Below are positions 35,189 to 44,875 of a stretch of 64,000 nt of DNA, one piece after another. Under the pieces are notes generated by a model, which was given only the letters and a program-made list of their open reading frames with translations, searched no databases and had not been told where the DNA came from. The first letter of the stretch is position 1. Every line of letters begins with the position of its first letter. Source of the DNA: Tissierellia bacterium (GTDB lineage Bacteria; Bacillota; Clostridia; Tissierellales; Tepidimicrobiaceae); NCBI GenBank assembly GCA_012839745.1, contig DUMS01000018.1, positions 17,982 through 81,981 on the forward strand, written 5' to 3'. The translations under genes and the position numbers were made by a program.

Positions 35189-36955
35189 TTGTTAAAAAGA
35201 ATCTTATCAGTATTTCTTGTGATTAGTTTAATACTGGGCATGTCAATGGCAGCTTTGGCTAACTCTAATAGTAGTATCAGCTTTGAATTGAATGGCAATG
35301 AAACTTTACTGGAATCTGAAATATACTTTAATGAAAAAGGTCAGCTTATGTGTCCTATGAGGGAGATATCCGAAAAATTAGGGTATACAGTTATTTGGAA
35401 TAATGAGGATAGAAGTGTTGAGGCCTCGAAAGAAGACTTTGCAGTAAAGATTAGTATTGGTGAAAATAAGGCTACTGTTAATGGCAAGGAAATTTATATG
35501 AGTTCAGAGGTAGTTTTAAAGAATAGTAAAACATTTGTACCTGTGGAGTTTTTTAGCAATGCTTTGGATCTAATTGTAGGATGGGATAGTAAATCTAGCA
35601 CTTTAAAAATAAGGCAGCCTAGTATCAATACAGAGGAGTACTTCAAGACAGCTGAAAATAAGTCGATAACGGATAAGTTGAACACTTATATGGAAGCTCT
35701 ACAAGAGAATAAAAACTTTCATGGAAGTATATTGGTTGCTAAAGGTAACGAGATTCTACTAGATAAAGGTTATGGATTTGCTGATTTAAATCAAAATACA
35801 ACTAATAAAAGTCAGACTAGATTTGCCGTTGGTTCTGTAACTAAGCAATTTGTATCAATGGCAGTTATGCAGCTTTATGAAAAGGGTTTAATAGATATTG
35901 AGGATAAGGTTTCAGAATACTTACCTGATTTTCCAGCAGGAGATTCAATAACCATTCATAACCTGTTAACACACACTTCAGGATTAGTTAACTTTACGAA
36001 TTTACCTGAGTTCTATCTTCTGGATTTGGAAAATACCAATCCAATGACTGTGGTAGATTTAATAAAAGACTTACCATTAGAGTTTCTACCAGGAGAAAAA
36101 TACAGTTATAGCAATACTAATTATCTACTACTTGGTATAATAGTCGAAAAAGTAAGTGGCACTCCCTACGAAGAATATTTGCAAAGAAACATATTTGAAC
36201 CTCTTAATATGAAGAATACCGGTATATTGTTTGGAGAGAATAATGAAATATATGATGCCACTGCTTATACTGGATATTTAGAGGTAATTCCTGTAGATGA
36301 TGAAATATTGTTAAGGAATGTCTATGGAGCTGGAAATATATATTCTACAGTGGAAGACCTTTATAGGTGGGATAGAGCATTAAAAACAGAGCAGCTTGTT
36401 AAGAAGGAAACCTTAGATAAGATGTTTACTGGATATGCAGCTATTTCAGAAGCAGATTACTATGGATATGGATGGATTATTACTGATACAGGGTTAGGAA
36501 GAATGATATGGCATGATGGCGCAACTCTTGGATTTACAGCAAATATATCAAGGTTTGTAGATGAAGACCTTACTATTATTGTTCTAACAAATAATCAGGG
36601 TTACAATACCATAGAGCTGATAAATAATCTAGTCAAAATAGTATATAATATTGAATATGAAATGCCTGAAGCTATAGAAGAAATAGAAATAACAGATCCA
36701 ACTCTCTATGATAGGTATGTGGGAGAATACTCATTGGCACCAGGTGTGATTATTACAATTACAAGAGATGACAATGGAATATATGCTCAATTAACAGGTC
36801 AAGAGAAATTTGAGATATTCCCCAAATCTGAAAAGGAATACTTCTATAAAATAGTAGATGCACAAATTACCTTTATTGAAAACGATGAAGGAGAGATAAC
36901 AGGTTTAGTATTACATCAATTAGGAATGGATATGAATGCTACTAAAATAAGATAG
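35189..36955 (+). CDS. Secreted serine hydrolase (class C beta-lactamase/PBP-like) with N-terminal copper-amine-oxidase-like stalk domain
   Basis: SxxK (GSVTKQF), YxN (YSNTNY), signal peptide. The N-terminal VPVEFFSNALDLIVGWDS block is typical of Cu-amine-oxidase N-domain repeats. TTG 35189 follows AAGGAGGG. The track start is 35138. Confidence 0.8.
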   Translation: MLKRILSVFLVISLILGMSMAALANSNSSISFELNGNETLLESEIYFNEKGQLMCPMREISEKLGYTVIWNNEDRSVEASKEDFAVKISIGENKATVNGKEIYMSSEVVLKNSKTFVPVEFFSNALDLIVGWDSKSSTLKIRQPSINTEEYFKTAENKSITDKLNTYMEALQENKNFHGSILVAKGNEILLDKGYGFADLNQNTTNKSQTRFAVGSVTKQFVSMAVMQLYEKGLIDIEDKVSEYLPDFPAGDSITIHNLLTHTSGLVNFTNLPEFYLLDLENTNPMTVVDLIKDLPLEFLPGEKYSYSNTNYLLLGIIVEKVSGTPYEEYLQRNIFEPLNMKNTGILFGENNEIYDATAYTGYLEVIPVDDEILLRNVYGAGNIYSTVEDLYRWDRALKTEQLVKKETLDKMFTGYAAISEADYYGYGWIITDTGLGRMIWHDGATLGFTANISRFVDEDLTIIVLTNNQGYNTIELINNLVKIVYNIEYEMPEAIEEIEITDPTLYDRYVGEYSLAPGVIITITRDDNGIYAQLTGQEKFEIFPKSEKEYFYKIVDAQITFIENDEGEITGLVLHQLGMDMNATKIR

Positions 36956-36968
36956 AAAAAATATAATT

Positions 36969-37005
36969 AGGAATTCAGCTTAAGTTGAATTCCTTTTATT
37001 TATTT
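36969..37005. terminator. Terminator hairpin between the convergent hydrolase and yaiI genes
   Basis: AGGAATTCAGC - TTAA - GTTGAATTCCT (11-bp stem, one G-U pair), then TTTTATTTATTT. Confidence 0.7.
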
Positions 37006-37448
37006 AAATTACAATTTATGCTTTCTATAAGTTTTCTAAAGTTCCTTTCAAAAATTTCATCATCTTGAGTATTTCTCTTTTTGAACTTTGTGTATATTTT
37101 CTTCTTCCTTCTAAGCTCTGCGTTAAAATGCCTTCTGTTAAGCATGTTGTCAATATTTTTATCATTAATGATAAGCCCATTCTGGTTAATGCAATATGCA
37201 CCCCTTGTCAGCGCCATGGCTGCAAGGCCATAGTCCTGAGTAATGAGTATATCGCCTTTTGCAATCCTGTTTGCTATGTAATAATCAACGCTGTCCCTTG
37301 AAATATCTACAGATACTATTTCTGCATAAGGGTCATCCAGCCAGACAGCGTAGTTTTTGACGACTACTATTTTTATACCGTACTCCTTTGCAACCTCTAT
37401 GGCTATATCAACAACAGGACATCCGTCAGCATCGACAAAAATTTTCAT
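36996..37448 (-). CDS. yaiI: YaiI/YqxD family protein (UPF0178/DUF188)
   Basis: MKIFVDADGCPV N-terminus and ITQDYGLAA block. Confidence 0.85.
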   Translation of the reverse strand: MKIFVDADGCPVVDIAIEVAKEYGIKIVVVKNYAVWLDDPYAEIVSVDISRDSVDYYIANRIAKGDILITQDYGLAAMALTRGAYCINQNGLIINDKNIDNMLNRRHFNAELRRKKKIYTKFKKRNTQDDEIFERNFRKLIESINCNLNK

Positions 37449-37534
37449 GTGAGCACTCCTTATAGTTTAATTATATATTATAGTAGTATATAATTAGATT
37501 GTTAACAACATATTTTGACTGAAGGGATGAATAT

Positions 37535-38746
37535 ATGATTAACATAGGATTATTAGGGTTTGGTACAGTAGGTACCGGAATTTTCAAGATACTTGAAAGC
37601 AGACAGGAGCAACTGAAAAGAATAACTGGAGAAAGCATAAGCATAAAGAGGATATTGGTCAAGAATCTGCATAAGAAGAGGGATGTGGAGATTAATCTTG
37701 ATATAATCACCGATAATTTTGATGATATACTTACGGATAAAGACATAACCATAATTATAGAGGTAACCGGAGATTTGGAAGACAGCTACAATTACATAAC
37801 AGAATCCCTGAAGGCAGGAAAGCATGTGGTAACTGCCAACAAAAAAGTAGCATCCAGGTACTTTGAGGAGTTTACAGACCTTGCAGACAAGATGGGATTA
37901 GCCTTTTTATACGAGGGCTGCGTGGGAGGAGGCATACCTGTTATTAAGCCTCTCAAGGAGCAGTTGGCGCTAAATGAAATTATAGAAGTAAAGGGCATAT
38001 TAAACGGCACCTGCAATTACATATTGACCAGGATGGAGGAAGGATTAGAGTATTCTGAGGCGCTGAAAATTGCTCAGCAGCTGGGCTTTGCAGAGTTGGA
38101 TCCTGCAGATGACGTTAAGGGCATAGATACCCGAAGGAAGCTGAGAATACTTGGAACCCTTGCACTTCAGGGGAGAATACAGGAAGAGGACATACTGTTA
38201 AGGGGAATAAGCAGCATTAAAGCAGTGGATATTGATTACATAAAAAGGATTAATTCCACAGTCAGGCTAATTGGGGAGATAAGGTCCTATGAGGATGGGT
38301 ATACAGCCATAGTTGAGCCTGTAATAGTTAGTCAGGATTCGCCATTTTACAGCGTGTGTTACGAGAAAAATGCAATATTCCTAAAAGGAGACAATGTAGG
38401 GGACTTAATATTCTATGGAAGCGGAGCTGGCATGCTGCCTACAGGTAATGCAGTCCTGGAAGATGTAATAGACATAATAACCGGGTCATATAGAAATGGA
38501 AATTTACTGGGTACAAGAAAGCTTAAGAATCTGAATTCAAATATAAAGGGCGAATACTATTTGAGAATATCCAAATCTTGTAATGACATTGCAAATATAA
38601 TGGAGAGCATTGCAAAGGAAATACTGTGCAGGGATGAATGTGTTGTAATAATGACCAGAAGCATGCTTTTGGAAGATATAACAAATCTACTTAAAGCTAT
38701 GGAAATAAAAGAGGAAGAATACTTCCTTGCAAGAAGGGGGGAATAA
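37535..38746 (+). CDS. hom: Homoserine dehydrogenase
   Basis: NAD-binding IGLLGFGTVGTG, TANK, catalytic-domain GILNGTCNYIL, C-terminal ACT-like region. Confidence 0.9.
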   Translation: MINIGLLGFGTVGTGIFKILESRQEQLKRITGESISIKRILVKNLHKKRDVEINLDIITDNFDDILTDKDITIIIEVTGDLEDSYNYITESLKAGKHVVTANKKVASRYFEEFTDLADKMGLAFLYEGCVGGGIPVIKPLKEQLALNEIIEVKGILNGTCNYILTRMEEGLEYSEALKIAQQLGFAELDPADDVKGIDTRRKLRILGTLALQGRIQEEDILLRGISSIKAVDIDYIKRINSTVRLIGEIRSYEDGYTAIVEPVIVSQDSPFYSVCYEKNAIFLKGDNVGDLIFYGSGAGMLPTGNAVLEDVIDIITGSYRNGNLLGTRKLKNLNSNIKGEYYLRISKSCNDIANIMESIAKEILCRDECVVIMTRSMLLEDITNLLKAMEIKEEEYFLARRGE

Positions 38747-38748
38747 AT

Positions 38749-38946
38749 ATGAAAATGAATAAAAAGGAACTAATGATTCTCATAGTTCCAATTTTAATAG
38801 CCTTAATACTATATCCCATATTGCCCGACATGATTCCAAGGCAGATAAGACTTGATGGCTCTGTAGCTTATATGCACAAGGGATTTATATTTTTATTGGC
38901 GTTATTGCCTTTTGTAGTGTATAAATACAGGAGACCGAGGAGATAA
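38749..38946 (+). CDS. Small two-TM membrane protein (DUF1648-like)
   Basis: 65 aa. The start is 2 nt after the hom stop, with RBS AAGGGGGG inside the hom 3' end. Confidence 0.5.
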   Translation: MKMNKKELMILIVPILIALILYPILPDMIPRQIRLDGSVAYMHKGFIFLLALLPFVVYKYRRPRR

Positions 38947-38952
38947 CAGATA

Positions 38953-39570
38953 TTACTCCTCTACCCCGTACTTCATCTTATAATAGTATATTGCAAGCTG
39001 AGTCCTGTCCCGAAGGCTCAGCTTTTCCAGCATGTTGGAAATGTAGTTCCTAACGGTGCCTTCGCTTAAATAAAGTCTTTCTGCAATTTCCCTGTTGTTT
39101 AGCCCTTCAGCCACAAGAAGCAGTATGTCATATTCCCTTTCAGACAGTCCCAGGTCCACATCTTTTTCAGCATATCTCTTTATTCCTGACACTATTTTTG
39201 AGTCAAATACCATGTTTCCTGCGTATACGGCATTAATTGCAGGTATTATTCCCTTTATATTGTACTTGAGTATATATCCTCTGCAGCCTAATGAGAGTGC
39301 CTGGGCTATATATTCCTGATCCTGGAAGGTGGTGATTAAAAGTATTTTTGCTTCAGGGTCCCTTTCAAGTATCTTTCTGGAGGCGTCAATTCCGCTTAAA
39401 TTATTCATTCTTATGTCCATGAGTATTAAATCCGGATTGTGCCTGAAGTATAAGTCTACAGCCTCATTTCCGTCGAACCCTGTAGCCAGTATTTCTATTC
39501 CGCCTGCACTTATTATGGTTTTAAGGGATTCTACCACCAATGGGTCATCGTCTACAATTATGATGTTCAT
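38953..39570 (-). CDS. Response regulator, NarL/LuxR (LiaR/DegU-like) family
   Basis: REC domain (VDDDPLV...DLILMDIRM) and LuxR HTH (LSEREYDILLLVAEGLNNREIAERLYLSEGTVRNY). ATG 39570 lies 8 nt after AAAGGA. The track start is 39579. Confidence 0.9.
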   Translation of the reverse strand: MNIIIVDDDPLVVESLKTIISAGGIEILATGFDGNEAVDLYFRHNPDLILMDIRMNNLSGIDASRKILERDPEAKILLITTFQDQEYIAQALSLGCRGYILKYNIKGIIPAINAVYAGNMVFDSKIVSGIKRYAEKDVDLGLSEREYDILLLVAEGLNNREIAERLYLSEGTVRNYISNMLEKLSLRDRTQLAIYYYKMKYGVEE

Positions 39571-39575
39571 ATTTA

Positions 39576-40631
39576 TCATCCTTTCATAAGGGTTAGATGA
39601 ATCTTAAATCCATTATCGAAGCCATAGCTTAAAAATCCGCCGTATTTTTCTGCAATCTCCTTAATGGACAAGAGTCCTATGCCCTTTGTACTGCGAAGGG
39701 ATTTTTCATCAAACATGCTTCCATTATCCTTTATGGTAATTGAATAGAACTTTGGCTGATCCAGTAATGTTATCTTGAGCTTATCAGCATTGGAATGCTT
39801 AATGCAGTTTGTTATGCCTTCCCTTATGACGGAAAGAATATCAAACTTCATGTCGTAGCTTAAGTCGTCCTCAATTCTGTAAATAAGCTCTACGTCTATA
39901 TTGGGTACATTGGTGCAGAGCTTCTCAATCTGTTCCTTTAAATCCAGGGATTCATTGTACAGGTTGTGAATGCTGTTGCGAATCTCCTCCATTCCCTTGG
40001 TCAATGTGTTTTGAAGAATATTAAGCTTTTCTAATATGTGTTTTTCCCCGGATATTATTTTTATGGATTCCACCTGCAATATGCTGCTTGTTAGCGTATG
40101 GCCTATGGCATCGTGAAGCTTTTTTGCAATTCTGTTTCTCTCAGTCAGAATTGCAATGTGTATACTCTTTTCCTTGTCCTTCTTCAGCTGTTCATTGTAC
40201 TTCTCAAGAAGGAGGCTGTCTTCCCTTATCTTATCCCTTGCTCTGATGTTCTCCATGAGTATTTTGTTCTGCTCCTTAGCCATTGCTGAAATATAGGCTG
40301 AAAGTACGGAAAGGAGGATGTTTGCAGGATAGAAGTTTATAAATATAATAGGTGCCATAAGTACTGCATATAAGCCAAAATCCCAATATAGGTTATATAT
40401 GATAATTGGAATATACAGTATGAACAGCCTGTAGGATATGGATAATGCTCCAAAAATGATATATAAAAGGGCTTTTATACGTTTCCTGCTTATTAGTTCC
40501 AGTAAGGAAGTAATTATAATGACTATGAGGAAATATAAAGCCAGATTCTCCTCTGGATAAGCCTTATATGTATTGTACAAAGAGAATATTATTATAATCA
40601 GCTTTTCCAATATCCTTTTTATATGTTCCAT
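39576..40631 (-). CDS. Intramembrane-sensing histidine kinase (HisKA_3 type)
   Basis: About 5 N-terminal TM helices with no periplasmic loop. H-box HDAIGHTLTS. HATPase_c blocks NCIKHS and DNG...GIGL. Confidence 0.9.
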   Translation of the reverse strand: MEHIKRILEKLIIIIFSLYNTYKAYPEENLALYFLIVIIITSLLELISRKRIKALLYIIFGALSISYRLFILYIPIIIYNLYWDFGLYAVLMAPIIFINFYPANILLSVLSAYISAMAKEQNKILMENIRARDKIREDSLLLEKYNEQLKKDKEKSIHIAILTERNRIAKKLHDAIGHTLTSSILQVESIKIISGEKHILEKLNILQNTLTKGMEEIRNSIHNLYNESLDLKEQIEKLCTNVPNIDVELIYRIEDDLSYDMKFDILSVIREGITNCIKHSNADKLKITLLDQPKFYSITIKDNGSMFDEKSLRSTKGIGLLSIKEIAEKYGGFLSYGFDNGFKIHLTLMKG

Positions 40632-40727
40632 TTAATACAAGCCCTCCATTAGACTTTAAGAAAACCATTTATTACCTTTATTATACTTGTATCCATTACC
40701 AAATACAATTCAATTGATGACAAATGT

Positions 40728-40759
40728 CACACTACATTGTAACTGAGCACACTACAATG
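40728..40759 (+). promoter_or_regulatory. Direct-repeat candidate response-regulator operator in the divergent TCS/ABC intergenic region
   Basis: CACACTACATTG (40728) and CACACTACAATG (40748). The starts are 20 bp apart (two helical turns), about 45 bp upstream of the ABC ATPase start. Confidence 0.4.
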
Positions 40760-40805
40760 GGAAAAAAGAAAATAATACAATAGAATTGAAGTGAGGTAAA
40801 GGGTG

Positions 40806-41744
40806 ATGAGGATGATTGTTAAGGTAAAAAATGTGGTAAAGAGATACTCGGAAAAGATTGCACTTGACCATTTTAATATGGAGGTATATGAAGGGGAGAT
40901 ATTAGGCCTGTTAGGGCCAAACGGATGCGGAAAGACTACAGCCATAAACTGCATTTTGTCCCTTCTTAGCTTTGATAAGGGGGAAATAGAGGTATTTGGA
41001 AAAAAGATGACCCCAAATTCCTATGATATTAAAAGGCAGATAGGACTGGTTCCCCAGGAGGTTTCAGTATTTGAAAACCTGACAGTAAGGGAAAATATAG
41101 ACTATTTCTGCGGATTATATGTAGATGATAAAAATGTAAGAAAAAGATACGTTGATGAAGCCATAGAGTTTGTAGACCTTAAGGATTATGTGAAGTTCTA
41201 TCCCAAAAAGCTCAGCGGGGGATTGAAAAGGAGGCTTAATATTGCCTGCGGAATAGTCCATAAGCCTAAGCTTATATTTATGGATGAGCCTACGGTGGCA
41301 GTGGATGCCCAGAGCAGAAACTTCATACTGGAGGGAATAAAAAGGCTGAACGGTGAAAGCAGCACAGTTGTATACACCACTCACTATCTGGAGGAGGCAG
41401 AAATGCTTTGCAGCAGGATAGTCATAATGGATAACGGAAAGGACATAGTATCGGGGACCACAGAAGAGCTTAAAGCCATGATAACCACATCGGAGAAAAT
41501 AGTGGTAAGCTTTGTAAGCATAGAGGATAGTGTGGCAAGCCTTATGAAGGGCATTCCTCATGTAATAGATATAGAAAGAAATGGAGAGGACTTCATCATC
41601 AAATTTGAAAATGGTATAAATAATCTATCTAATCTATTGAGCTTTATTACCGAGCATAACCTAACATATACAAAGCTGTACAGCAAGCTCCCCACCCTAA
41701 ACGATGTATTCCTGGAGCTGACAGGAAAGGAGCTGAGGGATTGA
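40806..41744 (+). CDS. ABC transporter ATP-binding protein (ABC-2 exporter type)
   Basis: Walker A GPNGCGKTT, signature LSGGLKRR, Walker B LIFMDEPTVAVD. ATG 40806 lies 8 nt after GAGGT. The track start is GTG 40803. Confidence 0.9.
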   Translation: MRMIVKVKNVVKRYSEKIALDHFNMEVYEGEILGLLGPNGCGKTTAINCILSLLSFDKGEIEVFGKKMTPNSYDIKRQIGLVPQEVSVFENLTVRENIDYFCGLYVDDKNVRKRYVDEAIEFVDLKDYVKFYPKKLSGGLKRRLNIACGIVHKPKLIFMDEPTVAVDAQSRNFILEGIKRLNGESSTVVYTTHYLEEAEMLCSRIVIMDNGKDIVSGTTEELKAMITTSEKIVVSFVSIEDSVASLMKGIPHVIDIERNGEDFIIKFENGINNLSNLLSFITEHNLTYTKLYSKLPTLNDVFLELTGKELRD

Positions 41745-41745
41745 T

Positions 41746-42801
41746 ATGAATAATATTATCAGGAACTGTATATATCAGGGGAAAAACCTGTTCAGAGATG
41801 GATCCTTCCTCTTCTGGGGAATGACATATCCCATAATCATGGCAGTCTTCTTTTATGCTGCATTTAACGGAATGATGAATGTAAACATTGAAGATATAAA
41901 CATTGGTATTAAGGAAAACAAGGGGATTTCCAATATACTTGAGGAAATAGATTTTATAAATGTCCATAAAATTGATGAAAGTGAAGTATCAGAAAAGCTG
42001 GAAAGTGGGGAAATTGATGCCTTTGTAGATGGAAACCTCAATCTAATAGTTAAAAAATCCGGCATAAATCAGACCATAATAAAGGAAGTAGTAGAGCAGA
42101 TAAAACAGATATTAAAGCTTAACCGGCCTGTTGACGGGTCTGAATTTTCCGTAAGCTATGTGACAGGGAAAAATCAGGAAGCCAATTCAATTGTTGTAAT
42201 ATTTTATTCACTTATAGCCATGGTTTCCACCTACGGAATTTATGCAGGAATTGCAACTGCCAGCCTGGTACAGGCAAATTTGTCCAATATAGGCATAAGG
42301 ATCAATGCAACTCCCCTTAGAAAGGAGAATTTTTTAATAGCTGGAGTTATAGTTTCCTTTTTAATGAATCTACTTGCAAATGCAATACTCCTTCTATTTA
42401 TCAATTACGTTTTGAAAATACATTTGTTTAATGATATAAAATACAGTGCTGTTTTTATAATACTGGGGAACCTGTTTGGGGTGATTCTTGGAATATTCAT
42501 TGGAGTTTCCAACAAGAAAAGCAGCAATACAAAGACCTTGATTGCCATTGCAGTTACACTGTTATTATCGTTTTTCTCGGGGATGATGGGCCCATGGATT
42601 AAAGTAATGCTGGATGAATATATACCATTCCTAAACAGAATAAATCCGGTATCTATAATAACCAATAACTTATACAGGATTAACCTTCTGGGAAGTACCA
42701 GAAGTGCAGTAGAAGGTGCAATTATGCTGCTGTTTTACTGTATGGTGTTTCTGCTTCTATCCTATGTGTTTTTGAGGAGGAAGAGCTATGACAGTATTTA
42801 A
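41746..42801 (+). CDS. ABC-2 type transporter permease
   Basis: N-terminal TM helix, large extracytoplasmic loop, five C-terminal TM helices. ATG lies 1 nt after the ATPase stop. Confidence 0.8.
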   Translation: MNNIIRNCIYQGKNLFRDGSFLFWGMTYPIIMAVFFYAAFNGMMNVNIEDINIGIKENKGISNILEEIDFINVHKIDESEVSEKLESGEIDAFVDGNLNLIVKKSGINQTIIKEVVEQIKQILKLNRPVDGSEFSVSYVTGKNQEANSIVVIFYSLIAMVSTYGIYAGIATASLVQANLSNIGIRINATPLRKENFLIAGVIVSFLMNLLANAILLLFINYVLKIHLFNDIKYSAVFIILGNLFGVILGIFIGVSNKKSSNTKTLIAIAVTLLLSFFSGMMGPWIKVMLDEYIPFLNRINPVSIITNNLYRINLLGSTRSAVEGAIMLLFYCMVFLLLSYVFLRRKSYDSI

Positions 42802-43915
42802 GTATTTCCTGAAAATTGCCATCAAAAACAGATGGATAATAATAATGTATGTAACCATATTTTTCGTAATGACTGTACTAAACAGCAATGATGCTGTAAA
42901 AAGGGAGGAAAGCTTTGTAGAAAGCAAGCTGAATATAGGCATTATTGATAACTGTAATAGTGAGCTGTCAAACAGCCTAAAGGACTATTTGAAGGATGAG
43001 AACAATATAGTGGATACAGTAGAGGATGAGGATTATATAAAGGAGCAGATTTTCCTGGAAGTAGCTGATGCTGTAGTAATAATACCTGAGGATTTTGACG
43101 AAAAGGTAATAAGGAGAGAGGAATCCGTACTGGTATATAAGGATGACAGAAAGCCTCAATCCATACAGATTGAGAATCAGATAAACAAGTTTCTTGCATT
43201 TGCCAATATAACCTATGAGAATGGAAATTTTGCTCTTAAGGATGTAGCAGAAGCATTGAATGAAAGTGTGGAGGTTCATGTATTGCCCAGTGGGGAAATT
43301 GAAGGCTCAGGTATAAATACATGGTTTAAATTCTATTTTAACTTTACAGGATATGTCACCATAGCCCTTTACATTGCAGTCATAGGCGTTGTAATGTCTG
43401 ATTTCAGGGATGAGAATATTGACAGCAGGAGAAGGATATCCTCAAAGAGATTTCTGGAGTTCAACAGGGAAATATATCTTGGACAGCTTACTCTGGCTTC
43501 AGCAGTTACAATAACCTTTATTATAGCAAGTATAATTTTTATGAGGGAGAATATTTGGAATGTATACTTTTTAAAATACGTTGTCAACCTCATTGTGTTC
43601 TCGTTCTCAATATTATGCCTGACATTTCTAATCAATAATATTACAAGGAATAAACATGCAATAACTGCTTTATCCACTGTATTATCCTTAGGGACTTCCT
43701 TTATATCCGGAGTAATGGTTCCTCAGGAAATATTGGGGGATAAGGTTCTAGCAGTAGCAAAGTTTTTCCCCACATATTATTTTGTAAGGGTAAATGAATC
43801 CATGATAAATTCCCTTTCAGATATAGGATTTGATATTTTTATGCAGCTGTTGTTTGCAGTAGCCTTTTTGCTTCTAGGGCTTATATTTTCAAGAAAGGAT
43901 TTGTTAGTCCAATAA
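42788..43915 (+). CDS. ABC-2 type transporter permease (second subunit)
   Basis: Same topology as the preceding permease. The start overlaps the upstream gene by 14 nt and follows AGGAGG. Confidence 0.8.
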   Translation: MTVFKYFLKIAIKNRWIIIMYVTIFFVMTVLNSNDAVKREESFVESKLNIGIIDNCNSELSNSLKDYLKDENNIVDTVEDEDYIKEQIFLEVADAVVIIPEDFDEKVIRREESVLVYKDDRKPQSIQIENQINKFLAFANITYENGNFALKDVAEALNESVEVHVLPSGEIEGSGINTWFKFYFNFTGYVTIALYIAVIGVVMSDFRDENIDSRRRISSKRFLEFNREIYLGQLTLASAVTITFIIASIIFMRENIWNVYFLKYVVNLIVFSFSILCLTFLINNITRNKHAITALSTVLSLGTSFISGVMVPQEILGDKVLAVAKFFPTYYFVRVNESMINSLSDIGFDIFMQLLFAVAFLLLGLIFSRKDLLVQ

Positions 43916-43936
43916 AGGGTGGCAAATGCCACCCTT
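43915..43936. terminator. Bidirectional terminator hairpin
   Basis: AAGGGTGGC - AAAT - GCCACCCTT with TT/AA flanks, between convergent genes. Confidence 0.65.
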
Positions 43937-44650
43937 TTAGCTTAGATCCACAATCCATGCGTCAGCAATATAATCCTCTATTATTTTTGTACCCAGATTA
44001 AACCATCCTTTACAGTTGTTTAATATAATTGAATCCCCCGTTACCACCCTGTCCATTGCAGAGAGGCTTACATCGCTGTTTGGCACCAGCTCCACATTCA
44101 CAATAAAGTTCCAGCCTGAGTAATAGTCCAGTATTCTTTTTTTAAGCATTCCGGAGTTGGAAACCGGTGAGTCCAAGTAAAATACAACTTCAGGCACATT
44201 TAGATTCTTAAGTGCCATGCCAATGAGATTCAATGCCTTATCCGTCTTGTCTATTATTCTGTAGGTTCCCCGTAACCCTGCCAAATCCCTGATGACCCCA
44301 TCCCTTCCAAGGATGAGGACACTGCCAGATAGAGCTACCTCAAGGGTTATTATGAGGTTGAACCCATCTATATGTATTGTGCCTTCCTTAATGGCTTCAA
44401 GGGGATATAGCTTATTTCTTCTGATATCATATTCCACCTTCGGTGATGTAGCCCTTTGCAAAGCTGCCCTTTGCCTTAGGGACAACAGATAGTGGTTTCC
44501 TACAAATTGAATTACGGATTTCATATTGTATCCCCTGTCCAGCAGCCACTGAACTTCCTCCTGTGCAGTTCTTAAAATTTTCAATGAATCTTCAGAAAAC
44601 CACCTGCTATCTTCAGAAACAAAGCCTCTTTTCTTTTCATTCAAAGACAT
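43937..44650 (-). CDS. DUF434-domain protein
   Basis: The block LRTAQEEVQWLLDRGYNMKSVIQFVGNHYLLSLRQRAALQR matches my recollection of DUF434. ATG 44650 (MSLNEKK). The track start is 44722. Confidence 0.55.
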   Translation of the reverse strand: MSLNEKKRGFVSEDSRWFSEDSLKILRTAQEEVQWLLDRGYNMKSVIQFVGNHYLLSLRQRAALQRATSPKVEYDIRRNKLYPLEAIKEGTIHIDGFNLIITLEVALSGSVLILGRDGVIRDLAGLRGTYRIIDKTDKALNLIGMALKNLNVPEVVFYLDSPVSNSGMLKKRILDYYSGWNFIVNVELVPNSDVSLSAMDRVVTGDSIILNNCKGWFNLGTKIIEDYIADAWIVDLS

Positions 44651-44875
44651 TTTGCCGTTCCTTTCTTTCCTTTTAGCTATATTATACACCAAAAAAAATA
44701 TATAATAGCAGGAGCAATACAATTTAAAGCATTGTAACTATTTATAGAAGCATATATGATATAATATAATTAATATTATTACAATTGATGGTTGACAGAA
44801 TATGATTATCATAATTCAAAGGTATGGTCTGGATAGCTATCAATTGTCCATTGCTAATAAAAAGGAGGTTTTTAG

